DNA of 64,000 nt from contig JASLWC010000001.1 of assembly GCA_030741055.1 (NCBI GenBank), positions 4,061-68,060 of the forward strand, read 5' to 3'. Below the pieces are notes generated by a model. That model saw only the letters and a list, made by a program, of their open reading frames with translations, searched no databases and was not told where the DNA came from. Both the position numbers and the translations under genes were made by a program. This document shows, one piece after another, positions 29,347 to 39,730 of this stretch (positions within the stretch are counted from its first letter, which is position 1; each line of letters starts with the position of its first letter). This DNA comes from Prochlorococcaceae cyanobacterium ETNP18_MAG_14 (GTDB lineage: Bacteria > Cyanobacteriota > Cyanobacteriia > PCC-6307 > Cyanobiaceae).

Positions 29347-31005
29347 ATGACCTCCTCGGCCCCGACGGGACCCACAAAGCGCCAGGTACATCTGAATACA
29401 CCCTTCAAAGACCAAAAGCCTGGTACCTCCGGTCTGCGTAAAAGCAGTAAGCAGTTCGAGCAAGCCAATTATTTGGAGAGCTTCATCGAGGCAATACTGC
29501 TTACCTTGCCAGGAGTTCAGGGAGGGACTCTGATATTGGGGGGTGATGGTCGCTATGGCAATCGCCGCGCCATTGATGTGATCCTGCGCATGGGTGCTGC
29601 CCATGGCCTGAAGCGGGTTATTACCACTACAGGTGGAATTCTCTCTACGCCAGCAGCATCCCACCTAATTCGCAGCAAAAAGGCTATTGGAGGGATCATC
29701 CTCTCTGCTAGCCACAATCAAGGTGGTCCTGATGGCGACTTTGGCGTCAAGGTGAACGGTGCCAATGGCGGCCCAGCTGCTGAGTCACTGACCAATGCGA
29801 TCTACGCATGCAGCCAAGTTCTTGAGAAATACAGCCTGGTGGACGCGCCAGCGATCTCTCTTGAAATCCCAGGCCATCACACCATTGCTTCAATGGGCGT
29901 AGAAGTGATCGACGGTGTTGATGATTACGTAGAACTGATGCAGAAGTTGTTCGACTTCGAGCGCATAAGTGACTTGATACGAGTCGACTTCCCAGTTGTG
30001 TTTGATGCAATGCACGCTGTTACCGGTCCTTATGCCAAGCGGTTATTGGAAGGACTTCTCGGTGCCCCAACTGGCACTGTGCGCAACGGAGTTCCTCTTG
30101 AGGATTTTGGTGGAGGCCACCCAGATCCCAACCTCACCTACGCCGCTGAACTGGCAGACCTTCTCCTCAATGGCAAGTCCTACAGCTTCGGTGCCGCCTG
30201 CGATGGTGATGGTGACCGCAACATGATCCTGGGCAGAGGTTGCTTCGTTAATCCGAGTGACAGCCTCGCCATTCTCACTGCCAATGCTGAGCTGGCTCCG
30301 GCTTATGCCAATGGTCTTAGCGGTGTCGCTCGCTCGATGCCGACCAGCGCTGCTGTTGATGTCGTCGCCAAAGAACTGGGCATCAATTGCTTTGAGACCC
30401 CGACAGGCTGGAAATTCTTTGGCAACCTGCTAGACGCTGATCGCATCACCTTGTGCGGCGAGGAAAGCTTCGGCACAGGAAGCAACCATGTGCGTGAGAA
30501 GGATGGACTATGGGCCGTTCTGTTTTGGCTCCAGATCCTGGCGAAACGGCGTTGCAGCGTTGCGGAAGTGATGCATACACACTGGCAGCGCTTTGGTCGG
30601 CACTACTACTCACGACACGACTACGAAGCGATTGCCAGTGAGCCTGCCCATGATCTCTACAACAGACTGGAAGCAATGCTGCCTGGATTGGTTGGCCAGC
30701 CTTTTGCTGGACGCAGCGTCAGTCAGGCGGACAACTTCAGTTACACCGATCCCATTGATGGCTTAGTCACAGAATCACAAGGGCTGCGGATCCTTCTAGA
30801 AGATGGCAGCCGTGTGGTAGTTCGACTCTCCGGCACCGGCACCAAAGGCGCCACATTGCGCGTCTATCTCGAGAGCTATGTGAACAACAATGGAGACTTA
30901 ACTCAAGATCCTCAGCACGCCCTTGCAGATCTAATTAATGCAATCGATGCGCTTGCAGAGGTTCAAAAGCGCACTGGCATGAAACGACCAACGGTGATCA
31001 CTTGA
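29347..31005 (+). CDS. pgm: Phosphoglucomutase
   Basis: DQKPGTSGLRK, SASHN, DGDGDR and GEESFG motifs. Confidence 0.96.
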   Translation: MTSSAPTGPTKRQVHLNTPFKDQKPGTSGLRKSSKQFEQANYLESFIEAILLTLPGVQGGTLILGGDGRYGNRRAIDVILRMGAAHGLKRVITTTGGILSTPAASHLIRSKKAIGGIILSASHNQGGPDGDFGVKVNGANGGPAAESLTNAIYACSQVLEKYSLVDAPAISLEIPGHHTIASMGVEVIDGVDDYVELMQKLFDFERISDLIRVDFPVVFDAMHAVTGPYAKRLLEGLLGAPTGTVRNGVPLEDFGGGHPDPNLTYAAELADLLLNGKSYSFGAACDGDGDRNMILGRGCFVNPSDSLAILTANAELAPAYANGLSGVARSMPTSAAVDVVAKELGINCFETPTGWKFFGNLLDADRITLCGEESFGTGSNHVREKDGLWAVLFWLQILAKRRCSVAEVMHTHWQRFGRHYYSRHDYEAIASEPAHDLYNRLEAMLPGLVGQPFAGRSVSQADNFSYTDPIDGLVTESQGLRILLEDGSRVVVRLSGTGTKGATLRVYLESYVNNNGDLTQDPQHALADLINAIDALAEVQKRTGMKRPTVIT

Positions 31006-31008
31006 GCG

Positions 31009-31275
31009 TTAGCGCAGCCACCATTGCCGCTGGCGGCGGTGATACTCCGCCTCGGTGCTGCTCTGTTGTAGTTGGCGCATGGTTTCAATCACCATTGCTC
31101 CAAGGCCACCAGAGAGCGTGATCATGGTAAAAAAAAGGTTCAGCCTTTGACTGTGTACATCTACAGGAGTATTTGAGATCACCGTGCGCAAGAAGAAGGC
31201 CACAAGGCCTCCGAGTAATAAACCCACGAGTAGGGCAATCAATACCCGCGTACCGCTGAATGGATTGTTCTTCAT
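31009..31275 (-). CDS. Small two-TM membrane protein downstream of the RND pump
   Basis: MKNNPFSG... with two hydrophobic segments; operon-like spacing. Confidence 0.65.
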   Translation of the reverse strand: MKNNPFSGTRVLIALLVGLLLGGLVAFFLRTVISNTPVDVHSQRLNLFFTMITLSGGLGAMVIETMRQLQQSSTEAEYHRRQRQWWLR

Positions 31276-31297
31276 TGAGCCAGAACGGTTCATTAGT

Positions 31298-34200
31298 TCA
31301 AGCCTGTCCAGAGGAATCGCCTGGATTAAGTAAAGCGGGGCTGTTTTCTTCATTATCAGCGAGGGGGCCCACAAGAGCTTTCATGAACACGTAAAAGACG
31401 GGTATTACTAATAGAGAAAGGAAGGTGGCAACCAAAAGCCCACCAAATACCACAGTGCCAAGAGAGGCTTGGCTGCGAGCCCCTGCGCCGCTTGCCAATA
31501 CCAGTGGCATAAAGCCAAATAGAGAGGAAATTGCTGTCATTATTATCGGTCGCAATCTAGATTTTGCTGCTTGCCGTGCAGCCTCAATAGCCGTGAGTCC
31601 ACTAGTCATATGTTGATTGGCCAAGTCAACAATCAAAATCCCATTCTTCGCTGCTAGGCCGATCAACATCACTAAGCCAACCTGTGCGTAGATATTGAGC
31701 ACCTCGCCACGCAGGGCTAGAAACAATAGTGCTCCTAGCATGGCAGTAGGTACAGTCATTAGAATAATCAGAGGGTCTGTATAGCTTTCGTATTGAGCTG
31801 CAAGCACGAGATAAACCACCAAAATCCCTAATGCAAAGATCACAACAGCCAGGGCCCCAGCCTTAACTTCTTCGCGTGAAATACCAGTCCAGTCATAGCC
31901 AAGACCCTGTAGTTTTTGCTGCGTAAAGATCTCCTTAATGCCATTAATAGCCTGCCCCGAACTTTTCCCATGGGCTGGTGATCCCTCAATTTTAATTGAG
32001 CGGTAAAGATTGAAATGTGGAATCACACTTGGGCCAACAGTGGGCTCAACAGTGAAGAACTCTGCAAGGGGAATCTGTTTCCCTAAGCGATTCTCAACGT
32101 AGATTGATGTTAATTTATCAGGGGTTGATCGGTCAAGGTTGTCGGCCTGAATGTAGACACGACGAACTTTTCCCTCTTGGAAGGTATCATTAACATAAGT
32201 GCCCGCAAAGTTAGTGCTAAATATGCGCATTGCGGCGCCAAAGTCAACATTAAGGCTAGCCATCTTCTCTCTGTCAACATCAACCTTCAGTTGAGGCGAT
32301 TCAGGTGAGAATAGGGTTCGCACACGATTCAATAAAGGATCTTTCTTTGCCTTCTGGATTATTTGATCTGCTGATTCAAAAAACCTCTTTAATCCATAGG
32401 CACCGCCACTCTGGTCAAGAAGTTGAAACTCAAATCCACTACCTATGCCATAGCCAGGAATGGCTGGGGGTTCCACTACGAAAACTCGGGCAGCATCGAT
32501 TGACTTGAAGAGTTTTTGGTTGAGTCGCTCCACAATCGCTCCAGCTGATTGATCTTTGTTATTGCGCACATCCCAGTTGCGCATACCGATAAAAAACAGT
32601 CCCTTATTAGGGGTGTTGCCATCAAAACTGGCACCACTAAAAATTGCAGCCGAAGTGATATCGGGTTCGCTGCGCAGTGTCGCAGCCACTTGCTGATTAA
32701 TCTTTTCGGTGACCTGGGAAGACACGCCCTCTGGAGCTTGCACGACACCAATGGCGTAACCCTGGTCTTCGATTGGCACAAAGCCTCCTGGGATAGTCGT
32801 GAAGGCGATGCCGGTTAGCACAATGCCAACGCCCAGCGCTGCCATCACCTGAGCACGACGAGCGAGTACCCACTCGAGCAGGTTTGCATAACGATGCTCG
32901 AATATTGAATAGAGCCGATTGAAATTGGTAAAAATCCAGGGTATATACCAACCAATCGTTAAACCCAAAGCGCAGAAAAGTATCACTGGTAATGGGTTGG
33001 AAATGCCTGCCAGCAGAAGACCCGCTAATGCTCCAGCCACGCTGAATGGCAGCCGCATTTTTCGACCAGTTAAACGGGAGAATGCAAAGCCAAAAACTGC
33101 ACCAAAAGCGAAGGGAACCAGCGCAATAGCTGCACCGCCGCCGATGACCAAAAGCCCGTAAATAAACCCGACCACAGCTCCTGAGATTGCATAAGTGCGT
33201 TGTCCTGGTTCTGGTCCTTCGCGACCAAGAAGTAATGCCGAAAGCATCGGTGAAAATGTGAGTGCATTAAATGTAGAAATCGCTATTGAAAAAATAATCG
33301 TTGCAGCAAACTGCTTGTAAATGCTCCCGGTTGCTCCGGGAAAAAACAACACTGGTAAAAAAACTGCAAACAGCACCAAAGACGTAGCAATCACGGCTGT
33401 AAATAGTTCATCCATCGTCGACTTGGCAGCTGCCAAGGCATTCATCCCTGAGGCTTTCTTTGTGGAGGTGTCCTCAATTACTGTTATTGCATCATCAACC
33501 ACCAGCCCTGTGGCAAGTACCAGGCCAAATAAGGTCAACTGATTTAGTGAGAATCCAAATCCCAACACAAGGGCGAATGTTCCTATAAGTGCTACCGGTA
33601 TGGCGATTCCAGGCACTAATGTTGCCTTCCAATTCTGAAGGAAAAGGAAGAGGATTAGGATGACCAATAAAACAGCATCTCTAAGCGAATTTGTTACGCC
33701 CTGGATTGAGGCATCAATAAAATCTGTGTTGTCATAGATCTTTTCCATCTTCATGCCAACTGGCATGGTATTAGAGAATTCGCTAAGAACATCTTTGACA
33801 CCATTGGAAACCTCAAGTGCATTGCTGCCGCTTAATTGATAAATTGCCATGCCCACTGAAGGAATCCCCTGTAAATCGGTAGCAGTGGTGGAATAATTTT
33901 CACCGCCAAGGGAAACACGGCCTACATCACTGAACCTTACTAATCCACCATCTTTTGTTGTCTTGACGACCATATTTTCGAATTCATCAACACCTAATAG
34001 ACGACCTTGTAATTGCACAGGCAGTGTGAATTCTTGTCCATTAAGCGCTGGCTCTCCACCTATTTTCCCGGATGGGACAAGACGATTCTGACTATCAAGC
34101 GCTGCAACTATGTCAGCCGAAGTAAGGCCATATGTCTCAAGTTTCTTAGAATCAAGCCAAAGCCGGAATGAGACTTTGCGGTTGCCAAAATAAGTAATAT

Positions 34201-34735
34201 CTCCAACACCTTTTACCCGCTTTATGGCATCGGTGAGATTAAGGTCAAGTAATCCACTGATTGTCTCAATGCTGTATTCTTGTTTGCTAGGGTCTTCACT
34301 TGCAAAGTTATAAAGAAGCAAGATTGAGTTCGATGCTTTATTGATGTTGACACCTGCTTTGCGAACCTCTTCAGGAAGTTGTGGTTCAGCAAGTGACACC
34401 CGGTTTTGAACATTAACTTGATTGATATTTCCGTCAGTACCACTTTCAAATGCTACAGAAATAGAGCTAACTCCATCCGAAGAACTTGACGAAGTTATGT
34501 AGTCCATATTCTCAACTCCATTGATTTGCTGTTCAAGCACGCTGGTAACACCCTGCTCAACAGACTCAGCATCTGCGCCGATGTAGGTGGAATTCACTTT
34601 GACTGTTGGTGGAGCAATATCCGGCAGCATCTCTACTGGCAGTATTGGAATTGCAATCAACCCAGCGATTACAATCAACAGGCTGCAAACTGTTGTCAGA
34701 ACAGGACGGCTAATGAAATTGTTAGAAGCAGACAT
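31298..34735 (-). CDS. RND efflux permease (AcrB/HAE1 family)
   Basis: FISRPV, PDIAPP, GLVVDDAI, AKNGILIV and RLRPIIMT motifs. Confidence 0.95.
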   Translation of the reverse strand: MSASNNFISRPVLTTVCSLLIVIAGLIAIPILPVEMLPDIAPPTVKVNSTYIGADAESVEQGVTSVLEQQINGVENMDYITSSSSSDGVSSISVAFESGTDGNINQVNVQNRVSLAEPQLPEEVRKAGVNINKASNSILLLYNFASEDPSKQEYSIETISGLLDLNLTDAIKRVKGVGDITYFGNRKVSFRLWLDSKKLETYGLTSADIVAALDSQNRLVPSGKIGGEPALNGQEFTLPVQLQGRLLGVDEFENMVVKTTKDGGLVRFSDVGRVSLGGENYSTTATDLQGIPSVGMAIYQLSGSNALEVSNGVKDVLSEFSNTMPVGMKMEKIYDNTDFIDASIQGVTNSLRDAVLLVILILFLFLQNWKATLVPGIAIPVALIGTFALVLGFGFSLNQLTLFGLVLATGLVVDDAITVIEDTSTKKASGMNALAAAKSTMDELFTAVIATSLVLFAVFLPVLFFPGATGSIYKQFAATIIFSIAISTFNALTFSPMLSALLLGREGPEPGQRTYAISGAVVGFIYGLLVIGGGAAIALVPFAFGAVFGFAFSRLTGRKMRLPFSVAGALAGLLLAGISNPLPVILFCALGLTIGWYIPWIFTNFNRLYSIFEHRYANLLEWVLARRAQVMAALGVGIVLTGIAFTTIPGGFVPIEDQGYAIGVVQAPEGVSSQVTEKINQQVAATLRSEPDITSAAIFSGASFDGNTPNKGLFFIGMRNWDVRNNKDQSAGAIVERLNQKLFKSIDAARVFVVEPPAIPGYGIGSGFEFQLLDQSGGAYGLKRFFESADQIIQKAKKDPLLNRVRTLFSPESPQLKVDVDREKMASLNVDFGAAMRIFSTNFAGTYVNDTFQEGKVRRVYIQADNLDRSTPDKLTSIYVENRLGKQIPLAEFFTVEPTVGPSVIPHFNLYRSIKIEGSPAHGKSSGQAINGIKEIFTQQKLQGLGYDWTGISREEVKAGALAVVIFALGILVVYLVLAAQYESYTDPLIILMTVPTAMLGALLFLALRGEVLNIYAQVGLVMLIGLAAKNGILIVDLANQHMTSGLTAIEAARQAAKSRLRPIIMTAISSLFGFMPLVLASGAGARSQASLGTVVFGGLLVATFLSLLVIPVFYVFMKALVGPLADNEENSPALLNPGDSSGQA

Positions 34736-34747
34736 TTTAATTACGCC

Positions 34748-35839
34748 TCAGTTCTTCACTTCGATGGGCATGCCATGTTTCAAGTTCAAGAGATTAGTGG
34801 TGATTACCTGCTGATCAGGTGTTAAGCCCTTCTTCACTGCATAGCGATTATTTTGAAAAGTTCCTAGTTTCACTGGAGTCTGTAAAGCGAAACGCGTTGA
34901 GGGAGGATAAAACTTGCGTAGTTTCTCAAGCGGAGCCTGGCCGGGTTGAGCCTCAAGATCCTGAAAGCTACCCACGCGATAAACAAAGCTTTGAGCAGAT
35001 GTCTGGGTGACAGCGACAAAGGGCACTGATATTGATTGATTGCTATCAAGTTGCACGCGAGTAGGTAATCGCTGGCCATTGCGCAGATCTCCATTGGGAT
35101 TGAAGAAAGTAGCTTTCAAAAGCAAACCCTGGGTATCAATATCCACAGTTGGATCTATTGAACCAACCTTGCTTATCGCCATAATTTCTGCCGATCCTGG
35201 TTTGCCGAGCAAAACCGGTAAACCAACTTTGATGCGATCAGCAAACCTCGCTGGCACCTCTACACGAGCCTGAAGCTTGTCGTTTTTGATCAGCTTGGTG
35301 AAGGGGTCACCGGATCTAATTACATCCCCAACCTTTACCTGCAGATCAGCAACGATTCCGGAAACCGGAGAACGCAAGTTGCTATAAGCCAAGGTCGCTG
35401 CGGTTGCATTCACCTTTTCTCGAGATGCGATGTATTGAGCCTTGTATCGATCACGATCAAAAGCTGAAGCAGCACCTTGAGATGTCAGGAATTCGTAGCG
35501 TTGCCAGTTGAGCTTGTCTTTCTCTTCTTGAGCCTTAAGACCAATTAGTTGCGCTTGGACCTGGCCTTGATCGAGTACTACCAGTAATTGCCCAGGTTGA
35601 ACCACTTCGCCCTGTTTAATTCTCAACTCAAGAATGCGCCCGGATGCTTGTGCAGCTAGTTGAACTTCCTCCAAAGCCTCAAGGGTGCTCATTGTTTCAA
35701 TGTTGTCGGTGAATTCAGCCATCGTCACCGAAGCCTGTTTCACCATCAGTGGAGCAGGAGGAGATTTTCTGCCACAAGAGCAGAGCAGCAGCACCGCCGC
35801 CAAAATGGCTAGAGAGCGTTGCTGAACAGGCACAGGCAA
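34748..35839 (-). CDS. RND periplasmic adaptor (membrane fusion protein), lipoprotein
   Basis: Lipobox LCSC; lipoyl halves (SGRILEL..QGEVVQPGQLL; LRSPVSGIV). Confidence 0.92.
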   Translation of the reverse strand: MPVPVQQRSLAILAAVLLLCSCGRKSPPAPLMVKQASVTMAEFTDNIETMSTLEALEEVQLAAQASGRILELRIKQGEVVQPGQLLVVLDQGQVQAQLIGLKAQEEKDKLNWQRYEFLTSQGAASAFDRDRYKAQYIASREKVNATAATLAYSNLRSPVSGIVADLQVKVGDVIRSGDPFTKLIKNDKLQARVEVPARFADRIKVGLPVLLGKPGSAEIMAISKVGSIDPTVDIDTQGLLLKATFFNPNGDLRNGQRLPTRVQLDSNQSISVPFVAVTQTSAQSFVYRVGSFQDLEAQPGQAPLEKLRKFYPPSTRFALQTPVKLGTFQNNRYAVKKGLTPDQQVITTNLLNLKHGMPIEVKN

Positions 35840-35925
35840 ATTGATCGATAGATCCCGATTATGGAGAGAGTTCGCAACTTAGGAAGAAGACTCTGCATGG
35901 CGTAAGAATTGTCCACCTGGTCGAG

Positions 35926-38139
35926 GTGCCATTGGCTCAGGATTTGTTCACATATCAAGGTGATCAGGCGCGTCAGCGTCATGCACCGCTTGCTGATCGT
36001 CTGCGCCCTCGAACCCTGGAGGAGTTTGTAGGCCAAGGTTCGATCCTGGCGGAAGGTCGCCTACTACGCCGAGCCATAGCTGCAGATCGAGTAGGTAACT
36101 TGCTGCTTCATGGCCCTCCCGGTGTTGGTAAAACCACCCTGGCCAGGATTATCGCCGGTCATACCCGCGCCCATTTCAGCAGTCTCAATGCCGTTTTAGC
36201 CGGCGTAAAGGATCTTCGCCAAGAGGTGGACGAAGCCAGAGCGCGACTGGAGCGACATGAGTTGCGAACGATTCTGTTTATCGACGAAGTACATCGCTTT
36301 AACAGCGCTCAGCAGGATGCCCTGTTGCCTTGGGTGGAAAACGGCACAGTGACACTGATTGGTGCCACCACAGAAAACCCCTATTTCGAGGTAAATAAAG
36401 CGCTGGTAAGTCGCTCGAGGCTGTTCCGACTGCAAGCACTTGAGAGCGAAGATCTTCATCACCTTCTCAAGCATGCACTTGAAGATTGCGAGCGTGGTTA
36501 TGGCGATCGCAAGGTGCTGCTCTGCCCAACAGCGGCCAACCATTTAGTGAATGTCTCCAGCGGCGATGCACGCAGCTTGCTTAATGCTCTTGAACTTGCT
36601 GTGGAGAGCACTAGTCCAGATGAACAGGGCTCTATCCACATCAACCTTGCCATCGCGGAGGAGTCGATTCAGGAGCGAGCAGTCCTCTACGACAAACAGG
36701 GGGATGCTCATTTCGACACCATCAGCGCCTTTATTAAATCCCTGCGAGGCTCAGATGCCGATGCGGCTTTGTTCTGGTTGGCACGCATGGTTGAAGCTGG
36801 TGAAAATCCACGCTTCATCTTCCGCCGCATGCTGATTGCGGCTGGAGAGGATGTTGGCCTTGCTGATCCCCAGGCCATTGTGGTTGTGGAAGCTTGTGCT
36901 GCAGCCTTCGAAAGGATCGGCCTGCCAGAAGGGCTCTACCCCCTGGCACAAGCAACCATTTACTTGGCCTGCGCTGATAAAAGCAATAGTGTGCTTGGCT
37001 TTTTTGAGGCCTTACGCACGGTACGTGAGTCCCAGCGTCAGGATGTGCCAAGTCATCTTCGCGATGCTCATCGCGACGGAGCAGCCTTCGGAGATGGTGT
37101 CGGCTACCGCTACCCCCATGCTTTTGCGGAGCACTGGGTTTCGCAGCAGTACCTTCCCAATGCACTGCAAGGAGAAGTTTTTTGGCAGCCGAGCCGGCAG
37201 GGCTGGGAAGGACAACGGCGCCTGCTGCTGTTGGAGAGAAGGGCAGCCCAGCTCGCCGCCGCCGCCGAATCAGCCCAAGAACATCCCCTACTGGTGAGTA
37301 GTGGCCCTGGAACTCCTGAACTGGAGAGATGGCTGCAACGTCAGCTCAGTCAGGATGGTGATCGCTTGCAACACCTGCGCGAACGTCTCTGGGCTGGTGT
37401 GAAATGGCAACGCCAGCATCGGGTTCTGATTATGGGAGGAAGCTCTCTGCTTTGGGCTCTTGATCCACTGCAAGCAGTGCCAGAAGGCGGCGTCACAATC
37501 TTTTGCAAAGCACCACAAGATCAGTCTCGATTATTAGCTCAGCTCGATCTGCTTGATCCATTGATTCGTCCTGAACTGATCGCTGGAAGTTGCGATGGAG
37601 TCAACGAATTGCCAGCGCAACATCAGTTTGAATGGATTGGTGGACGCATTTCTAGTCAAGACTTTGCTGGTCTAGAGATGGAAAAACTTTGGAGCGCAAT
37701 TAGCCAGAGATGTACCTCCCAAACAGGCCTAAGGCTCTTGATGAGCCATGCCGGCATTGGCCCTGCTGAGGCTTTGCTCCAATTATTGGATAGCAAAGGA
37801 ATAAATCTTGCTGAGCGAGAGCTGTTGGCACCTTTGATTGCTATTGAAAAAACTTGGCTAGAGAGCCAGCGTCTCGATGTCTCTCTAGGGCAAAACCTGC
37901 AGGAGCTTGGCTGGCAGCTGCAGTGGGAGCAATGGGAAGAGCCTCTTACGCTGCAGTTGGATGAAGACCTTGAGCATCGCTGGCTGAGCGATGGGCGTCC
38001 CTACAGAGAACTAATCGCAAAAACTGCATCATCGGAAATTTTCAATAGCTTGCAGCGAACTCTTCGCAGCCAACGGGGAAAGAAATTGCCTCAACGCTTG
38101 ATCCATCAACGCATCATCGGCAGTCGTAAATTCAACTAA
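35926..38139 (+). CDS. rarA: Replication-associated recombination AAA ATPase RarA/MgsA with C-terminal extension
   Basis: PLADRLRP, GPPGVGKTT, FIDEVHRFN, ATTENP, ISAFIKSLRGSD. Confidence 0.92.
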   Translation: MPLAQDLFTYQGDQARQRHAPLADRLRPRTLEEFVGQGSILAEGRLLRRAIAADRVGNLLLHGPPGVGKTTLARIIAGHTRAHFSSLNAVLAGVKDLRQEVDEARARLERHELRTILFIDEVHRFNSAQQDALLPWVENGTVTLIGATTENPYFEVNKALVSRSRLFRLQALESEDLHHLLKHALEDCERGYGDRKVLLCPTAANHLVNVSSGDARSLLNALELAVESTSPDEQGSIHINLAIAEESIQERAVLYDKQGDAHFDTISAFIKSLRGSDADAALFWLARMVEAGENPRFIFRRMLIAAGEDVGLADPQAIVVVEACAAAFERIGLPEGLYPLAQATIYLACADKSNSVLGFFEALRTVRESQRQDVPSHLRDAHRDGAAFGDGVGYRYPHAFAEHWVSQQYLPNALQGEVFWQPSRQGWEGQRRLLLLERRAAQLAAAAESAQEHPLLVSSGPGTPELERWLQRQLSQDGDRLQHLRERLWAGVKWQRQHRVLIMGGSSLLWALDPLQAVPEGGVTIFCKAPQDQSRLLAQLDLLDPLIRPELIAGSCDGVNELPAQHQFEWIGGRISSQDFAGLEMEKLWSAISQRCTSQTGLRLLMSHAGIGPAEALLQLLDSKGINLAERELLAPLIAIEKTWLESQRLDVSLGQNLQELGWQLQWEQWEEPLTLQLDEDLEHRWLSDGRPYRELIAKTASSEIFNSLQRTLRSQRGKKLPQRLIHQRIIGSRKFN

Positions 38140-38370
38140 ACTCAACTTGTCTGGGCATTAAGCAGCTGACCATAAAAGCCACGGCGATGATGCCGGGGCT
38201 AGAGAATCACTTTTAAAATCTAATACTTAGCCCCATGAATCAGGGAGAGGCTATTTATAGATGCCTGACCCGTTATTCTGCTGTGATAAATGTTTTAGAT
38301 GTTAGCAATATGATGCTAAAAGGTAGTTTGTTTATGACCAATTGTGAGGAGATACTGTTTGCTCGCTGAA

Positions 38371-39045
38371 TCAGCAATAACGTCTGAACGCATTAGTGCG
38401 AGGCGTGACATTCTGGCCAGCTTGCACGCAGGCAGGCATGAACATATACAAGGAAAGCAGCGAGTTGCAGCTAGGACCTTCACCGCAATCACTATTAGTG
38501 CAGAAGGTTTTGCTTCTATCGTTATTGCTGCAGGTTTTGGAGAAACGAAAAGCCACTGGAAGTTTTTCAAGAATGCCCTGCGAAGAAATAGTTCCGTCTA
38601 CTGAATCAGCAATAATGGCGGAACGAAGAGCAACTACGGCTGTTTTGTTTGCCTCCCAGTAAGGAGAGTAACTACTAGTTTTATTTTCTAGAAACTTGAT
38701 TCCTTCCTTGGTGTATAGGAAGCGAGTCACAGATGAAACATCAACTTCGTAAGACTTGGTCATGCCCGCGCGGATTTCATCGGCGCTCAATCCAGACTTA
38801 TAGATCGCTGATTTCAGCGCACGGTCGGTGGTCTCACCAGACGCTAAGAATTTCTCGAAATCTTTTAAATTTGTCGTCCATACCTTGGCTCCTGAACCCC
38901 AGCGAACAGGATGTTGAGTGTCAGCTTGAACAGGAATAGACATTGCCATCAAGGAAGCCAAACCTATAAGGCCAAAGCTGCTACGAATAACAACTGCTAG
39001 AGGAAGAGGTGTCAACTTGAAAACCATTAATGGGGGGGGCTGCAA
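38371..39045 (-). CDS. Exported DUF1400-like protein with Cys-rich C-terminus
   Basis: Signal-peptide-like segment; EKFLASGE..RFLYTKEG..ALRSAII pattern; start uncertain. Confidence 0.65.
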   Translation of the reverse strand: MQPPPLMVFKLTPLPLAVVIRSSFGLIGLASLMAMSIPVQADTQHPVRWGSGAKVWTTNLKDFEKFLASGETTDRALKSAIYKSGLSADEIRAGMTKSYEVDVSSVTRFLYTKEGIKFLENKTSSYSPYWEANKTAVVALRSAIIADSVDGTISSQGILEKLPVAFRFSKTCSNNDRSKTFCTNSDCGEGPSCNSLLSLYMFMPACVQAGQNVTPRTNAFRRYC

Positions 39046-39196
39046 GATAAAAGTCTTTTGAGAATAGCTTGTACGAGATACTTATAAACTTTTTATGACA
39101 TCAACTTTCTCAGTGCATTAGCTCTTGGCTAATAGAAATAAGTCAATTAAATCTACCCTTAGCTTTGCTGGAAGAGATGAGTTAAGCATCGCTAGA

Positions 39197-39724
39197 TTAG
39201 GAATTATCTCTTGGCAAGAATTGATCCCATCCATCTGGGCAAGTTCCCGAAAAAGGCTGTCCTAGCTGGGAAAGATTTCCCCTGCAATGAAGTGTTTCGA
39301 GTTGGGTGCCGCTGCTATCTCGACGAACAATGGCTAGGTATGCCTCTACACCATGCTCAGGCCTCAACCACAACATAGTGTCGCTCCTTGATCGTTCTAG
39401 TTTGGCGATGAAAGGTTCCCCGACACTTATACCCAGCTCATTCATTGATGAAGCGAACTCTCCCCAGTAATAACGAGTCATCTGAGCGCGAGTGAAAGAC
39501 AGCAATAACTCCTCAGCTTCGATTCGCCGCTTAAGCGTGGCTTCGCGCTCCGCCAGGCGAGATGCCACATCTTTTACGCCCGACCAAGCTCCTGAAACGT
39601 AGGGCGTTTGCTTTTGATGCTCTTGATGCATGCTCAAGAGGCCCAGCATTGCTAAAAGGGCTGCTGCTAAAAGCGATGGCACTTTCTTGTAACTCAGCGT
39701 GTTGACCATGAGGGTTGTCAACAA
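39197..39724 (-). CDS. Membrane-anchored protein with type IV pilin-like G/H domain
   Basis: RAQMTRYYWGEFASSMNELGI and C-terminal C...CPDGW. Confidence 0.6.
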   Translation of the reverse strand: MLTTLMVNTLSYKKVPSLLAAALLAMLGLLSMHQEHQKQTPYVSGAWSGVKDVASRLAEREATLKRRIEAEELLLSFTRAQMTRYYWGEFASSMNELGISVGEPFIAKLERSRSDTMLWLRPEHGVEAYLAIVRRDSSGTQLETLHCRGNLSQLGQPFSGTCPDGWDQFLPRDNS

Positions 39725-39730
39725 TGCTCC

